Of a stretch of DNA of 64,000 bases, positions 9,255 to 18,856 are shown one piece after another. Each line of letters begins with the position of its first letter. The stretch's first letter is position 1. The position numbers and the translations under genes are program-made. The notes beneath the pieces were generated by a model, which had not been told where the DNA came from, searched no databases, and saw nothing but the letters and a program-made list of their open reading frames with translations. This stretch comes from an uncultured bacterium (GTDB lineage Bacteria; Babelota; Babeliae; Babelales; Vermiphilaceae), in NCBI GenBank assembly GCA_963695335.1, contig OY968764.1:1184001-1248000 (forward strand), read 5' to 3'.

Positions 9255-9656
9255 ATGAAAATACAACCTACTAAATACACAACTCTTATATATCATCTCG
9301 CGCTCACCCTGAGCCTGTCGAAGGGCATCTTAGAGCGCTCGAAGAAATCCTTCAACAAGTTCAGGACGAGCGCAGATAAAAAAACTAACTATAATAAATT
9401 ATATATTGCTGCTCTTCTCACTGTTACAAGCACAACATTCTGCATGCATACAGCAAACAAATGCAACAAAGCATATGTTCTCACCACCAACCGAATAAAT
9501 ACTGTACAAGGCAGAAGAGAAGCATATCAAAAATACTGTCCAACACAAATCAATTGGGATCAACCAGCCAATAAACAAACTCCTAAAATGGAACTCAAAC
9601 CTAACCGATCACAAAAAAATGATTGTGGATATTGGAGCCAATACACGAACAAATAA
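9255..9656 (+). CDS. Small secreted orphan with an in-frame REP in its N-terminus
   Basis: AAAGGA RBS; REP at 9300-9373 in frame; hydrophobic segment LYIAALLTVTSTTFCM follows. Confidence 0.55.
   Translation: MKIQPTKYTTLIYHLALTLSLSKGILERSKKSFNKFRTSADKKTNYNKLYIAALLTVTSTTFCMHTANKCNKAYVLTTNRINTVQGRREAYQKYCPTQINWDQPANKQTPKMELKPNRSQKNDCGYWSQYTNK
9300..9373. repeat. Family A REP, full copy
   Basis: GCGCTCACCCTGAGCCTGTCGAAGGG...CCTTCAACAAGTTCAGGACGAGCGC. Confidence 0.9.
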
Positions 9657-9670
9657 CTTCACTCTCCTAA

Positions 9671-9704
9671 CCGGGGTCCCCATTGCAATGCAATGGAGAT
9701 GGGG
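9671..9704. repeat. Family D palindrome
   Basis: CCGGGGTCCCCATTGCAATGCAATGGAGATGGGG between convergent genes. Confidence 0.7.
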
Positions 9705-9708
9705 TAAT

Positions 9709-10758
9709 TCAAAACTTCCATCCAATATTAAACGCTGCATAATATTTATCTTTAAACTGATTACCAAATAAATGCTCAGAAATAACTGCTGAAATACCGC
9801 CCTGCAAAATAAGGTGTTGCGTGGAAAACCATAATGATGGTCCTAAAAGAATAAAATTTCCTCCGCTATTAAGATCAATTATGCCTAGAATTTTATTGCG
9901 TTGCCGATACAGGCCATCCAATTCTACCATCCAATTAAAAATCCATTTATCAGCTTTGTATGCTATATTTTTACTAATGCCAAACTGATACAAAAATTCT
10001 TTACCAAATTTGGTCTGATGATGAGATGTTGGTATTACCCCTGCCATAGCCGTAAAACAGTACCAATCTGTTCTCATATGATTTGCAGTAAACCCTAAAA
10101 AAAAACTCACAGCTCCAAAACCTGTTGGTGGCACTTTAGTAGCTGAACCTACGGGAAATCCAATATTACCAACTAAGGTAACTTGAGTGAGTGTATATAA
10201 TGCATCACGCTCATAAATAGCACCTTCTAACTGTGCAATCAAATCTTCAACGCCATGCGATTCAAATGACCCATATTGAAACCTTGTTGCAACTGATTGT
10301 TCTACAAATAAAGAAAGTTTGTCAGTAATTCCATATAAAAGAGATGGCGCTGCTTCTGAAAAATTTTTATGCTTTCCTTTTAATTGATCAAGATAAAGAA
10401 AAAGTTGCAGATCACCTTTATCAATAATATTTTGACCAAAACCAACAAGCGGTCCTGGTTGTTGCGATGCAGGAAGTGCAAAATTACCCACATGCACTTG
10501 TAATTGCTCTTCTGCAATAACAAAAGATGATATAAAAAAAAGAACAATTAAATAAAATCTATTATTTTTTTGCCGCTCGCTTACCCTCATCTTCAATTCT
10601 TTTCGATGGGGACCCCAATTGAAATGTAATGAAAATTGGGGCAAAAGGGTGCAACATAACAATAACTTTCTCTTATCGCACCCTTCGATACATTTTACTA
10701 CGTTACACTTCGTAAAACACTCAGGGCGAGCGGTTGGGTGTTCATATTTTTTTTTCAT
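9709..10758 (-). CDS. Putative outer-membrane beta-barrel protein, paralog 1 (start 10758 or 10590)
   Basis: Amphipathic strands, C-terminal WKF; strong similarity to 10763..11665 (VGNFALPxSQQP, NWMVELDG). Confidence 0.7.
   Translation of the reverse strand: MKKKYEHPTARPECFTKCNVVKCIEGCDKRKLLLCCTLLPQFSLHFNWGPHRKELKMRVSERQKNNRFYLIVLFFISSFVIAEEQLQVHVGNFALPASQQPGPLVGFGQNIIDKGDLQLFLYLDQLKGKHKNFSEAAPSLLYGITDKLSLFVEQSVATRFQYGSFESHGVEDLIAQLEGAIYERDALYTLTQVTLVGNIGFPVGSATKVPPTGFGAVSFFLGFTANHMRTDWYCFTAMAGVIPTSHHQTKFGKEFLYQFGISKNIAYKADKWIFNWMVELDGLYRQRNKILGIIDLNSGGNFILLGPSLWFSTQHLILQGGISAVISEHLFGNQFKDKYYAAFNIGWKF
10584..10733. repeat. Family D (10584-10641) and family C (10681-10733) palindromes
   Basis: GGGGACCCC core; CCCTTCGATACATTTT...AAACACTCAGGGCGAGCGG matches 15371-15421. 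Confidence 0.8.
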
Positions 10759-10762
10759 TTTA

Positions 10763-11665
10763 TTAAAACTTCCACCCAGCGTAAAAAGATGCAAGCCAAC
10801 GATCCCTTGTTTCTCTTCCAAACAGATGTTGATCTATCACCGCCGCAATACCTCCGTCCATTTCAAACCGCCGAGTAGAAAAGAATAGAGAAGGCCCCAA
10901 AATCACCGTGTTACTACCACTATTACAATTTATCAAACCACATACTTTATCGCGCTGTTTATACGTGCCATCAAGTTCTACCATCCAGTTCAAAATCCAT
11001 CCATCTGTTTTATATGCTATATTTCTTCCAACACCAAACTGATAGAAAAAAAGATTACCAATTTTATTATTTTTATACATAGTAGTTATCAAACCACCAA
11101 AAGAACTGAAATAGTACCAATCAGGTTGAGTGCGGCTTAAGGTAACTCCTAAAAAAAAAGTTGGTGATCCAAAACCAGTTGATGGAGTTTTTGAAAACGA
11201 ACCGGTAGGAAATGACATATTTCCTACCGCAGTAATTTCATTAACACTCATTGGTGTTAAATGTGCATACACAACTTGTTCCAATTGTACTGTTAAATCA
11301 CTCACCCCATGCGATTTGGAACCTTCATGCATAAATTTTGCTGCAATTGGTAATTCTATAAATAAAGATAATGTGTCAGTAAGTCCATACAAAATAGAAG
11401 GAACCACGGTAATAAAATTTGACCGTGGTCCTTTAAGTTGATTGTAATTAATAAACGCAAGCAGATCATTCTTATCAACCAAATTTTGCCCAAAACTGAA
11501 TAATGGTGCTGGTTGTTGCGAAAGTGGTAATGCAAAATTACCAACTTTTACTATTTCTACATGTTCACCAACCCACTTTTCACTCTCTTTAGCAGTGATG
11601 GCAATTACCATTGCCACACTTATTATAAGACTTCTTTTTACTACCCTACTTTTTACTAACAACAT
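10763..11665 (-). CDS. Putative outer-membrane beta-barrel protein, paralog 2
   Basis: Signal peptide, beta-strand pattern, terminal GWKF. Confidence 0.75.
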   Translation of the reverse strand: MLLVKSRVVKRSLIISVAMVIAITAKESEKWVGEHVEIVKVGNFALPLSQQPAPLFSFGQNLVDKNDLLAFINYNQLKGPRSNFITVVPSILYGLTDTLSLFIELPIAAKFMHEGSKSHGVSDLTVQLEQVVYAHLTPMSVNEITAVGNMSFPTGSFSKTPSTGFGSPTFFLGVTLSRTQPDWYYFSSFGGLITTMYKNNKIGNLFFYQFGVGRNIAYKTDGWILNWMVELDGTYKQRDKVCGLINCNSGSNTVILGPSLFFSTRRFEMDGGIAAVIDQHLFGRETRDRWLASFYAGWKF

Positions 11666-12300
11666 TTTTGTTTTACCCTTCCCGCTTTTATCGCTTCATC
11701 AACAGGAATTAGTTTCCCTGTCATAACATCAAAAATCAAACCATAAATTGGAATGTCTGGTGCAATCAGAGGATGATTACGAATTTTTATCACATCATCT
11801 AACACCGATGTATATAACCCTTGCTGAATCGTCATCCAATCAATACATTGATACCCAACACAGGAATCTTCTCCGCAACAAGTAGCTCTTTTACATGGTG
11901 TTATCTTACTCTTTTGCTCTTTTTTTAAGCTAGCACTACAATACATTACACGCGCATTCTGTTGCATGCTACTTTGCAACAGTTCATTCATCGATTTATC
12001 AGTGAATCGTTGCATGCCACAATCAGTATGATGCACAACAAAAAATTGATTTGCTTGTAATAACTTTGATGCAATAATTAATGATCTGATAGCATCATCA
12101 CTTGCACGTCCGCCTGCATTACGTATAACGTACATATCTCCCGCTTTAAAACCCATAATATCGTGGGTCAACATCCGCGCATCCATACATGTCAGCAAAA
12201 CAGCGCGCTTATGCGCAAAAGGATACGGCTGCGCTACATAGTGTGCGGCATACTGCTTGTTTGCTTCTATAACTTCATTATAAAGAGTATTATCATCCAT
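11656..12300 (-). CDS. Beta-class carbonic anhydrase
   Basis: LTCMDAR, IRNAGG and HHTDCGM zinc ligands. Confidence 0.9.
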   Translation of the reverse strand: MDDNTLYNEVIEANKQYAAHYVAQPYPFAHKRAVLLTCMDARMLTHDIMGFKAGDMYVIRNAGGRASDDAIRSLIIASKLLQANQFFVVHHTDCGMQRFTDKSMNELLQSSMQQNARVMYCSASLKKEQKSKITPCKRATCCGEDSCVGYQCIDWMTIQQGLYTSVLDDVIKIRNHPLIAPDIPIYGLIFDVMTGKLIPVDEAIKAGRVKQKCC

Positions 12301-12457
12301 CAATTTTTCTTTCAATGTAATCATAACCAATTGCTCTCTAAAGAATCTCATCTTACCAGGAAAACCAATAACAATAACAATAACAAAATTCTTGATCATT
12401 AACGACTATCTTGATTACATTCAATGCTAGAATTAATTTTTTACAGAAAGGTTTTCT

Positions 12458-13210
12458 ATGAAACACATAAAAAATGTGCTCACTGTCCTAACATTGCTTG
12501 CAATACTATCTACAGATGCAAAGCAAGTTGGCAAAAAAACAATTACTAATGAACCACAACCAAAACCAACCCCAACACCTTACGTACAACCAACACCAAA
12601 ACCATTGCCACAACCTGCGCCATACTATCCACAACCTCAAACTGGCCCAAGCTATGAAAATATATATGATTTATTACGAAAAAAAACACCCAATTCTTCA
12701 GATTTTTCAATGTTGAACAACATAATACATGAAGCAGAAAAACAAATACAACAGATACAAACAGCAAATCTTATGAGAGCAACAACTTCTGTAGAAAGAA
12801 AACCTAGTCAACAACCTACGCCTATTATAAACAGCAACTCCCCTGATTATCCTCTACAACTAAAAATGTACGCAGGCAAACTCGTCCATCAATACCAGAC
12901 ATCTCTTAAAATATCTGATTTCCAAATAAAAAATGCCTACCAATACGACCAAGATATTTTCCTGCAAAAAGACAAAGATGAACAATATGACGCTATTGCA
13001 AGAATAGTAAGACATTTTGTTGCTCAATTCCCAAATGTTGATAAACAGACTACGGTAGAAACAATCTTAAGAGCCATTACACTCCATGAGAACTTTATAC
13101 AATTAAGTGAACAGATAACAAAAGTATTAGGGAAAAATTCTGAAAAGATGATAAAAGAAGTTAGACAAGATATAATAAAAATGATCGGTTCAGCTTGGGA
13201 TGATCTCTGA
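12458..13210 (+). CDS. Secreted Pro/Gln-rich orphan
   Basis: Signal peptide ending DAKQVG; PQPKPTPTP low-complexity segment. Confidence 0.7.
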   Translation: MKHIKNVLTVLTLLAILSTDAKQVGKKTITNEPQPKPTPTPYVQPTPKPLPQPAPYYPQPQTGPSYENIYDLLRKKTPNSSDFSMLNNIIHEAEKQIQQIQTANLMRATTSVERKPSQQPTPIINSNSPDYPLQLKMYAGKLVHQYQTSLKISDFQIKNAYQYDQDIFLQKDKDEQYDAIARIVRHFVAQFPNVDKQTTVETILRAITLHENFIQLSEQITKVLGKNSEKMIKEVRQDIIKMIGSAWDDL

Positions 13211-13230
13211 TAAAAATAATATTCATTTTT

Positions 13231-13279
13231 AAAAAAAGCCGGTTAGATTGCAATCACGCGCAACTCTTCCGGCTTTTTT
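13231..13279. terminator. Bidirectional intrinsic terminator
   Basis: A7-GCCGG...CCGGC-T6 between convergent genes. Confidence 0.7.
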
Positions 13280-13282
13280 AAT

Positions 13283-14281
13283 CTATTTACTCACAAACTC
13301 CAAAAAATCTTTCATCCGCACACTATAACCCCACTCATTATCATACCACCCAAAAACTTGTCCCATCGTGCCGTTAGTTGTTGTTAATAAACCATCAATA
13401 ATAACTGAATGCGGATCGCCACTAAAATCACTGGAAACTAATGGCTCCATAGTCAATGCAACAATATGTTTCATTTTATTTTGCGCTGCATGCTTAAACG
13501 CATCATGAATTGCTTCAACAGATAACTCTTTTTGTGTTGTAAACACCAAATCTATAAGTGACACTTTCCCCACCGGCACTCGCATAGCTTTTGCTAAAAC
13601 TTTATCAGCTAAATGCGGTAAAATTTTACTCAACATTTTAGAAGCACCAGTTGTTGCAGGAATAATATTAAGCGCTGCCGCACGTGAAAAACGCAAATCT
13701 TTTGCTTCAACATCCAACAACACTTGGGAATTAGTATATGCATGAGTTGTTGTCATGCAACCACGCACAATGCCAAACGCATCATCAAGAACTTTGAGTG
13801 TTGGCATAAATGCATTCGTTGTGCAACTTCCCAATGATACAATTTTGTGCTCTGCAGGATTAAACAATTCTTGATTAACACCAGGAATAATTGCAACATC
13901 TTCATCATGCGCAGGAGCAGAAATCAGTACGCGTTGAGCACCAGCTGCAATATGTTTTTGTGCCCCATCACGATGCGTAAATTTACCGGTGCAATCAACA
14001 ACCCAATCAATATTCATTTGTTTCCACGGCAACTTTTCTGGATCTAACTCAGTGATAATTTTAATACGATGACCATCAATAACCAACTCATCACCATGAA
14101 TTGCAACGTCTCCCTGAAATTTTCCCATTAATGTATCGTACTTAAACATATGTGCTACGTATTCTGCTTGTGAACTGCCAATATTAATCGCAACAACTTC
14201 AAAACTATTCTTTGCATCTTGTTCCACACAACGCAAAAAACTACGCCCAATTCTGCCAAAACCATTAATTGCTACACGCAT
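13283..14281 (-). CDS. gap: Glyceraldehyde-3-phosphate dehydrogenase
   Basis: INGFGRIGR, SCTTN, WYDNEWGYS. Confidence 0.95.
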   Translation of the reverse strand: MRVAINGFGRIGRSFLRCVEQDAKNSFEVVAINIGSSQAEYVAHMFKYDTLMGKFQGDVAIHGDELVIDGHRIKIITELDPEKLPWKQMNIDWVVDCTGKFTHRDGAQKHIAAGAQRVLISAPAHDEDVAIIPGVNQELFNPAEHKIVSLGSCTTNAFMPTLKVLDDAFGIVRGCMTTTHAYTNSQVLLDVEAKDLRFSRAAALNIIPATTGASKMLSKILPHLADKVLAKAMRVPVGKVSLIDLVFTTQKELSVEAIHDAFKHAAQNKMKHIVALTMEPLVSSDFSGDPHSVIIDGLLTTTNGTMGQVFGWYDNEWGYSVRMKDFLEFVSK

Positions 14282-14295
14282 CACTCACTCCTAAT

Positions 14296-14383
14296 CGTTC
14301 GTTTCCTTCGACAAGCTCAGGACGAACGGAAATTGTATTATCCTATACCCCGTTCGTGGTGAGCCTGTCGAACCATACGAACG
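14296..14383. repeat. Family A REP inverted doublet
   Basis: CCTTCGACAAGCTCAGGACGAACGG ... CCGTTCGTGGTGAGCCTGTCGAACC. Confidence 0.85.
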
Positions 14384-14453
14384 CCCATCTAGCATACTAC
14401 ACATAGATTATGTATAATGACGACAATTAACCGTAAATAAAATAAAGCTCACT

Positions 14454-15230
14454 ATGAAAACAAACATTTTTCTCGTCATCACAATAATGACTACACTACA
14501 CACCCATGCTATGGAAAACGTAATGATGCTACAAGCCCAAAATTATGTGATGAAGGATATAAAATGGCCATTGTTATGGCAAAATTCTCATAACCAAGCA
14601 TCAGTACCATATACACCACAAATCAATGTACCTACCGACCCTCTTGATGAAATAATAGCGTATTGTTCAAACAGAGATCGTGGAAACTTAAGAAAAACAT
14701 GTAAACAACTTGCTCACGTAACATCAATTAATCGTCTTAATGCATTCATGATACATGATTTTAAGATCGGCAATAGAAATGAAACCGTTAACTTTTTTAA
14801 AGCGGTCATAAAAACAAACAATCCTGAATTAATACCAGTAATAATCAACTTCGCACAAAAAAAATCTGCATCCTATCGTCCACCAAGCCAACGGGACGCT
14901 GTCTGCATCACTTTTGAATCAAATAATGAATATAAAAAACAGGAATTTATCAAAAATCATTACATCTTTCCATTACTCAAAGAAGCAATTGCACAAAACA
15001 AGCACGAAATGATCAATAAACTGCAAAATGAAGGTTATGAAAATGAAATAATGAATATGGTAAAAAACAAAAATAAATCTCAGCCACATATAAAAGGTCT
15101 CGTAGCAGCAGCTGGAACAAGCCTATTTGGAATACTGGCTTTTACAGCTTATATTCTAACTGCCTCGCCACATACATTTTATAATGGTACGTATTCTCCA
15201 ATAACTATGCCGCCTTTCAATTCTCACTAA
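14454..15230 (+). CDS. Secreted F-box-like orphan with a C-terminal TM segment
   Basis: Signal peptide ending THAME; PTDPLDEIIAYCSNRDRGNLRKTCKQL. Confidence 0.65.
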   Translation: MKTNIFLVITIMTTLHTHAMENVMMLQAQNYVMKDIKWPLLWQNSHNQASVPYTPQINVPTDPLDEIIAYCSNRDRGNLRKTCKQLAHVTSINRLNAFMIHDFKIGNRNETVNFFKAVIKTNNPELIPVIINFAQKKSASYRPPSQRDAVCITFESNNEYKKQEFIKNHYIFPLLKEAIAQNKHEMINKLQNEGYENEIMNMVKNKNKSQPHIKGLVAAAGTSLFGILAFTAYILTASPHTFYNGTYSPITMPPFNSH

Positions 15231-15282
15231 CGCCAGCCGCGAATTGTATGTAAAACTGCCAACTCATCTTCCACTGCTAATT
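15227..15282 (-). pseudogene. Duplicated 3' end of nfo
   Basis: 15252-15282 matches 15482-15512 at 30/31; translates LAVEDELAVLHTIRGWR* versus nfo LAVEDELAVLNKIREW*. Confidence 0.75.
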
Positions 15283-15286
15283 TTTT

Positions 15287-15421
15287 CCGCTCGCCCTGAG
15301 TGTTTTTGCAAAGCAAAAATGTATCGAAGGGTTAAGCGGAAAGATAACCATCTCATATCATTTTTATATCGCACCCTTCGATACATTTTTTTGACAACAA
15401 AAAAACACTCAGGGCGAACGG
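15287..15421. repeat. Family C palindrome inverted doublet
   Basis: CCGCTCGCCCTGAGTGTTTTTGC...TGTATCGAAGGG and its inverted partner; near-identical to 52064-52117. Confidence 0.85.
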
Positions 15422-15459
15422 GTTAAATAATCAAACTTTTAATCTTAGAATAAACTACA

Positions 15460-16284
15460 TCACCATTCACGAATTTTATTCAAAACTGCCAACTCATCTT
15501 CCACTGCCAATTCAGGCGATTCAATCAACAAAGATATATGTTGCAATTGTGAATGCATTGCAAATCTTTTAAGTGCACCTTCACCAATATTTCCCTGACC
15601 AACAACACTATGACGATCAATAAAAGAACCCACCTTTTCTGTTGTATCATTCAAATGAATCAGCTTAATACGCTCAAGACCAATTGCTGTATCAAGCAAA
15701 GCAATAAAATCATGTTGCCCTTTGGCACTCACCAGATCATAGCCAAATGAATGTGCATGTGCAGTATCAATACAAAAACCAATACGTTCTGGCATATCAA
15801 TTTTTTCAAGCAATATTTTGAAATCAAAAATGTCACTTCCAACCGCCAAGTTAGTGTGACACGTATTTTCTAATAAAATAGTAATATCCTGTTCTTGCCT
15901 GCACAATTTATTCAATGCAACAGCTAATGCATCAATCCCTTCACTTTTGTGCTGCGCACCTTTTGCGGTGCCTGCGTGCAGCACAAGATGAGTAAATTCA
16001 AGACGTTTGGCGAATGCAACTTCTTTACGCAGTTGCGGCAAACCATTATTACCTAAACTCGCCAAATTAACCCAATACGATGCATGACAATAAAGATCAC
16101 TGAATCGCGCACGCCGAATTTTTAAAAATTCACGTATTTCATCATCAGAAGCATAGATTAATTTTCCTGTTTCTTTGGGTACAAAAAAACATTGGAAAAA
16201 AGGCAGACTCAATGCATCTGCCCTTTCTAATAATTCATGTAATGATGAACGCATACGAATATGCGCGCCGATTCGATTATTCAT
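15460..16284 (-). CDS. nfo: Endonuclease IV
   Basis: IGAH, HASYWVNL, LLEN, CIDTAH, HLND, DRH. Confidence 0.9.
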   Translation of the reverse strand: MNNRIGAHIRMRSSLHELLERADALSLPFFQCFFVPKETGKLIYASDDEIREFLKIRRARFSDLYCHASYWVNLASLGNNGLPQLRKEVAFAKRLEFTHLVLHAGTAKGAQHKSEGIDALAVALNKLCRQEQDITILLENTCHTNLAVGSDIFDFKILLEKIDMPERIGFCIDTAHAHSFGYDLVSAKGQHDFIALLDTAIGLERIKLIHLNDTTEKVGSFIDRHSVVGQGNIGEGALKRFAMHSQLQHISLLIESPELAVEDELAVLNKIREW

Positions 16285-16303
16285 AATCTTTATACTATTT
16301 TGT

Positions 16304-16459
16304 GTTCGTATCCTTCGACAGGCTCAGGACGAACGGCTTAATACATTTTTTAACCAAATTGTTCCAATCTCATTCGTATTGATACTTCGACAAACTCAGT
16401 AGTAAACGCTGCGCTCAACTCTCTCTCCGTTCGTGTTGAGCTTGTCGAAACATACGAAC
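16304..16459. repeat. Cluster of family A REPs with a family F unit (16381-16412)
   Basis: CCTTCGACAGGCTCAGGACGAACGG; GATACTTCGACAAACTCAGTAGTAAACGCTGC; CCGTTCGTGTTGAGCTTGTCGAAAC. Confidence 0.85.
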
Positions 16460-16474
16460 ATCTTTCTGAATATT

Positions 16475-17881
16475 CTACTGTAACTGCTCACGCAAAAACT
16501 CCTCATCCATAAAATGCGCCAAAACCTGCACAAAATCTTCTTTAATATGCTGTAAATCTTCTTGTGTATTAGCCTCAAAGCGGATAGAAAGTACCGGTTG
16601 TGTATTAGATGCGCGTACAAGACCCCATCCATAATCAGTAATCACCTTGACGCCATCAATAGTTACAAGCTTTACATTTTTTTGTTGAGAAAATAAATCT
16701 TTTACACCATCAACCACTTTATTCTTTATATCTTCAGCACATGCAATCCTGAATTCTGGCGATGTAACTTTGTGAGGAAACACCGTTAACAACTCTGTTA
16801 AACTCTTACCCGATTGAACAAGTAATTCAATCAATCTGAACATCGCATACACGCCATCATCATACCCAAAATGTTTATCTCTAAAAAAGAAATGGCAACT
16901 TGTTTCGCCACCAAGCATTGCATTATTCTTTTGCATACTCTCTTCTATAATTGAATGCCCAACCGGTGTTACAATTGTATGTGCGCCCCATTTTTCTAAA
17001 AGTTCAGTTAATCCAGAAGAGCAGACAATATTATACACCACTGTCATACCCGGATATTCTTTAATCATCGGTTGCGCGAACAATGCAATCATTTTGTCGC
17101 CTGGGACCAATTCACCTTCTTTGGTCATAGCACCCATGCGATCAGCATCACCATCAAAACCAATACCAACTGTTGCATCTGTTGACTGCAATGCGTGTAA
17201 CACATGTTGCATATTTTTAATATGCGTTGGATCAGCTTCATGATTAGGAAATGTGCCATCAACATCTGCGCACAAAAGTTGCGCATTTTTCCACTGCATT
17301 ACTTTAACAATATCAGGTATTACAACACCCGCCGCACCATTACCGCAATCAATTACTGCATCTATCGATGCATTTTTAAGATGGGAAAATTTTTCTGCAT
17401 GCCATGCAATGTAATCATCTTTAATCATATGTTCTTTGTATGTACCAGGTTGCGCAGCACTCAACTGTTTTTTTGCAAAATACAGTTTTGCCAACTCTTT
17501 AATCTGTGCACCCCACAAAGAATGCGTACCCAATAATATTTTTAAACCATTATATTCTTTGGGATTATGAGAAGCTGTCACCATCACCGCCGCATCAACA
17601 GGCATTGTGTTTGTTGCAAAATAAATCATGGGAGATGAACACACTCCCACAAAAATCACACCCATACCACTATCAACTAACGCACGGCACATATGCTCTT
17701 TTATTGCTGGTGAACTTTCTCTCCCATCCATTCCTACAACAACAGTTTTTACATGATTATTCAATTGATTTAAATAAAACGCTACCGCTTTGCCCAAATC
17801 ATATACGGCATCAATAACCAGTTCATCATTCACTAAACCACGAATGTCATATTCTCTAAAAATTGTTTCTTTCATCATCAT
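16475..17881 (-). CDS. Phosphomannomutase/phosphoglucomutase
   Basis: FREYDIRG, TASHNP, FDGDADR, GGETSCH, RASNTQP. Confidence 0.95.
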   Translation of the reverse strand: MMMKETIFREYDIRGLVNDELVIDAVYDLGKAVAFYLNQLNNHVKTVVVGMDGRESSPAIKEHMCRALVDSGMGVIFVGVCSSPMIYFATNTMPVDAAVMVTASHNPKEYNGLKILLGTHSLWGAQIKELAKLYFAKKQLSAAQPGTYKEHMIKDDYIAWHAEKFSHLKNASIDAVIDCGNGAAGVVIPDIVKVMQWKNAQLLCADVDGTFPNHEADPTHIKNMQHVLHALQSTDATVGIGFDGDADRMGAMTKEGELVPGDKMIALFAQPMIKEYPGMTVVYNIVCSSGLTELLEKWGAHTIVTPVGHSIIEESMQKNNAMLGGETSCHFFFRDKHFGYDDGVYAMFRLIELLVQSGKSLTELLTVFPHKVTSPEFRIACAEDIKNKVVDGVKDLFSQQKNVKLVTIDGVKVITDYGWGLVRASNTQPVLSIRFEANTQEDLQHIKEDFVQVLAHFMDEEFLREQLQ

Positions 17882-17894
17882 ATTTTACTCTCCA

Positions 17895-18809
17895 CTACTT
17901 TTTTTCAGCTTGCTGTTTTGCATATTGATCATCTATGGCTTTTCTCATTTCAGATTCTAAAGAATTATAGGAAATATATCTACTATGATAAGGTGTTTTT
18001 TGTTCCACTTGTTCCAATCCAACACTCTTTTTAAAGAATTTATAATCTTCAGGAATAGTTACTCCCGTTATATAAAAATTTTTTACTCGATCCCACTTAT
18101 CACAACAATGCGTAATTCTTACGTTTTTTGATTGCAAACAAGCTTTTGCTAATACAGGATATTGCAATAACACAGACAAACTTTGACCATGATATGATTC
18201 TAAATCATTAGGATTTGTATAATAATAAAAATAACAACGATAGCGCGATTCATTACCATCAAGAGCAAGACAATATTGCGCAAAAGAACGACCACGGCCA
18301 TCACAAGTTCGAGTTATTCCATATCCATAAAAAGAAGCGCGTCCATCTTCATCAAAAAATGGACGTAGATTATCTTCAAAGATAGGGAAGTAAAAACCTT
18401 CCCATGCAGTACATCGTGTTATTACCTGATTATCACATTTCCCAACTAAAGTTAATTGTAAAACTTTTAAAACAGCAGCGTCACCATCATATGTTACCCA
18501 TGCACATTTGCTAAAATCTTTATTCCACGATCTTGCGCCAATCACTCGTGGCAGCTCATCTTTATTTTTTTGTATATATTCTTCAATACCTTTTTTTTCC
18601 GGCCAATACCTATTTTCTACCGCTTTATTACATTTTTTATTAATCAAACTCAATGCACGCTGTGCATGATAATCATCATATGGCAAATTATAAGCTACAA
18701 TTTCTAATACCTGTTTGTTGTCTCCATCTTCAACAATCTCCATGCCATACAATGAGCATTGCACACCGCACAACAAGAAGATCAATAATCGTACTCTCAA
18801 CACATGCAT
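17895..18809 (-). CDS. Secreted orphan, paralog of 18857..19630
   Basis: Shared LRVRLLxFLLCGV signal, WNxDxxKCAWVT and FYFPxFEDxxRP..FYGYG. Confidence 0.7.
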   Translation of the reverse strand: MHVLRVRLLIFLLCGVQCSLYGMEIVEDGDNKQVLEIVAYNLPYDDYHAQRALSLINKKCNKAVENRYWPEKKGIEEYIQKNKDELPRVIGARSWNKDFSKCAWVTYDGDAAVLKVLQLTLVGKCDNQVITRCTAWEGFYFPIFEDNLRPFFDEDGRASFYGYGITRTCDGRGRSFAQYCLALDGNESRYRCYFYYYTNPNDLESYHGQSLSVLLQYPVLAKACLQSKNVRITHCCDKWDRVKNFYITGVTIPEDYKFFKKSVGLEQVEQKTPYHSRYISYNSLESEMRKAIDDQYAKQQAEKK

Positions 18810-18856
18810 ATTATTTTTCCTATAAATTTTGATTGTTTTTTTCACGCTGTTGCTCT

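Noticed and set aside
15244..15426. Short ORFs over repeats (also 28642..28860 and 16396..16632)
   Set aside because: They are made mostly of palindromic repeat sequence or overlap real genes
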